Shown one piece after another: positions 61,925 to 64,000 of a stretch of 64,000 nt of DNA. Within the stretch, counting starts at the first letter, position 1. Each line of letters begins with the position of its first letter. A program made the translations under genes and the position numbers. The notes under the pieces were generated by a model. The model worked only from the letters and a program-made list of their open reading frames with translations. It did no database searches and was not told where the DNA came from. The stretch is taken from positions 16,756,941-16,820,940 of the forward strand of contig MU054187.1 of the NCBI GenBank assembly GCA_013239625.1. Direction: 5' to 3'. This DNA is from Lama guanicoe. Taxonomy: Eukaryota.

Positions 61925-63960
61925 GGTGATGAGACAGGGTTGTGGGCTTAAATCTTTGAATGGGTGGCCAAAGAAGACCTTACTGAGAAAGTGAGAAAGT
62001 GACTGTTGAATAAAGACCTAGAGGAAGTGGAGAAACTAGAATTGTGAACAAATGAAGGAAAAGTTCTGGGCAGGGGAAGCAGCATTTGTAAATATGGGAG
62101 TAACTCTGGGCTCTATGAGAAATAGCAAGGAAGCCAGTGCTCCTGGGAATGAGGGTAAAAGGAGGAGAAAGAGCTGGCACATTGAGAGGAGTAATAGGGA
62201 CCCAGATAATTTAGGATTCTGAATATCACTGAAAGGACTTTGGCTTTTATCTGAGACATAGGGCCTTTGGAGAGTTTTGAGTAGAGGATTGACATGCTAT
62301 GAATTAAATTTTAGTAGAATTACTCTGATATGGCATTGAGAATAGAAGAATGACAGCACTGAGGCAGGAAGACCTGCAGATGGCTTATTGAAATAACCCA
62401 GATGAGAGATGATGGTGGCCTCAACCAAGCTGGTAACAGTGATGGAATGGAGAAGCAGTAAAATTCTGAATATATTTTGGAATTTGAGACCATAGGGTTT
62501 GTTATCAGATTGGCTATGGGGTTGACAGAACATTGAGTCAAGAATGACAACGTGATTATCAAACTTGAATAACTGGAAGAATGCAGTTCCTCTTGAGTAA
62601 TTTTGGAAAGGCTGAGGAGGAGCAGTTTTAGGGGAATATCACAGAGCAGTTTTGGATGTGTTAAGTTTGAGGTGTAAATTAAATTAGTAAATGGAGCTGC
62701 CAAGGCCCTTGAAAATACGGGTCTATAATTCATAAGGGACTATAAGTAGAAAACATAAACTTGGGAGTTAGCAGCATAAAAGTGTGATATTCCAAGCCAT
62801 AAAGTGGATGGCACCGTTACTATACTGATGGAACAGAGAATAGGTCCAATGACAGAGTCCAGGAACATTCTAACCTTTGAGTCAGAGATTAAAAACAAAA
62901 CAAAAAAAGAAGAAGTAGACTTTGAGAAGGAATGACCAAACAGGTAGGAAAAAGCCTGCATGAGAGTGATGTTTTGCTATGTTAAAAGATATGTTAAAAA
63001 AAGAGAGAAATGATTTTGAGGACAAAATGAATAACAACCGATGAAATAGGATGAAGTCTGAGGGATGACTACTGGATTTAGCAAAGTGACGGTCATTGCT
63101 GAAGTTGGTCATAGTTTCGTTGCCGTGATAATGGTGGAACCTAATTTAGTGGGTTCTAGAGAAAACAGCCTCCCAATTTAATAGACAAACAATATTTTTT
63201 TTTCAGTATAGCACAGGGAACTGTATTCAATATCTTGTAGTAACCTATAATGAAAAAGAATATGAAAATGAATACATGTATATGTATGACTGAAACGTTA
63301 GGTTGTACACCAGAAATTGACACTTTGTAAACTGACTATACTTCAATTTTTTAAAAAGAGAGAGAAAAGGTGAAGGAAGAAATAGGAGACCACTATGCAT
63401 AGATTCTTTCAAAGAGCTTTGTCATCAAATTGGAGGTAAGTTATGGGTAAGCTGCAAGGAGGAATTGGGTGTAGGCAGTTTTATTTTTTTTTCAATGTGG
63501 TTGAAATTGGAGCTTGTGACACCCTGATGGAATGAGCCAAGGGAAAGGAAAAGGTTGAGAATGCAAAAGAAAGAACATAAAGTTGCTGGAGTGGACCCCT
63601 GATGTATAAGTGGGAATGTTGTCCTACTTATGATCACTCAGAACTCACCCACAGTAATGGCAGAGAACATGAGGTGCTATTAGCACAGATGCAGGCAGGA
63701 AGTGAGATGGAGTAAAGGCAGTTTATGTAAAATCTGTTTTTTTGTTTTTGTTTTTGCTTCTATATTCTCACTCAAGTAGGAAGCAAAGTCAAGAAGTCGG
63801 TGTGAAGAAATTGGAATAGGTTTTGGGGGTATGAGAAGAATAATTATCTAAAACAGTAGATGAGAAAATAGATTAAATAAATATAGCATTATCCATAAGC
63901 AGGCTTCTCAGTTCTCTTAAATTTTGTCATCACAATAGACCAGTCAGCAATTGTGTATTG
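61925..63960 (-). mobile_element. L2 LINE (about 2 kb, L2a-like), interrupted by an L1
   Basis: GAAATAGCAAGGAAGCCAGTG, GGACTTTGGCTTTTATCTGAG, CAGATGAGAGATGATGGTGGC, TTTGGATGTGTTAAGTTTGAG, CTGGATTTAGCAAAGTGACGGTCATTG. Confidence 0.85.
63166..63360 (+). mobile_element. Young L1 3' end (camelid-like) inserted in L2
   Basis: GTATAGCACAGGGAACTGTATTCAATATCTTGTAGTAACCTATAATGAAAAAGAATATG...ACCAGAAATTGACAC...CTTCAA; AGAGAAAA on both sides (63158, 63361). Confidence 0.88.
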
Positions 63961-64000
63961 TTTTCCAACCGGGTTTAGCTTCAGGGGTCCCAGGGTAGAG

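Noticed and set aside
62297..63112. ORFs up to 137 aa on the minus strand
   Set aside because: Decayed L2 sense-strand sequence, not a host gene.

Overview
AT-rich (roughly 35-38% GC by eye) mammalian non-coding DNA: a large intron or gene desert. No protein-coding gene, rRNA, tRNA or CRISPR array can be supported. The only ORFs recognisable as protein are decayed LINE-1 ORF2 and ORF1 remnants. The window is a mosaic of ancient eutherian repeats (MIR, L2, MLT1, MER74/76, LTR16, MER3/5/20/58/81, MADE2) plus younger 5'-truncated L1 3' ends of a cetartiodactyl type, most likely camelid. I saw no Alu, Bov-A/BovB, PRE-1 or Can-SINE. The most interesting parts are several TE-poor islands (about 11.3-12.0, 13.7-14.8, 21.9-22.8, 35.6-35.9, 39.0-40.1 and 49.4-49.6 kb) dense in homeodomain, TALE, bHLH and POU motifs; they look like conserved developmental enhancers. 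There are also a perfect 24-bp palindrome, a 20-bp palindrome between 8-bp direct repeats, two candidate micro-exons and two atypical L1 insertions. Repeat family names come from remembered consensus sequences, not a RepeatMasker run, and boundaries are approximate. I see no evidence for a new multi-gene system.
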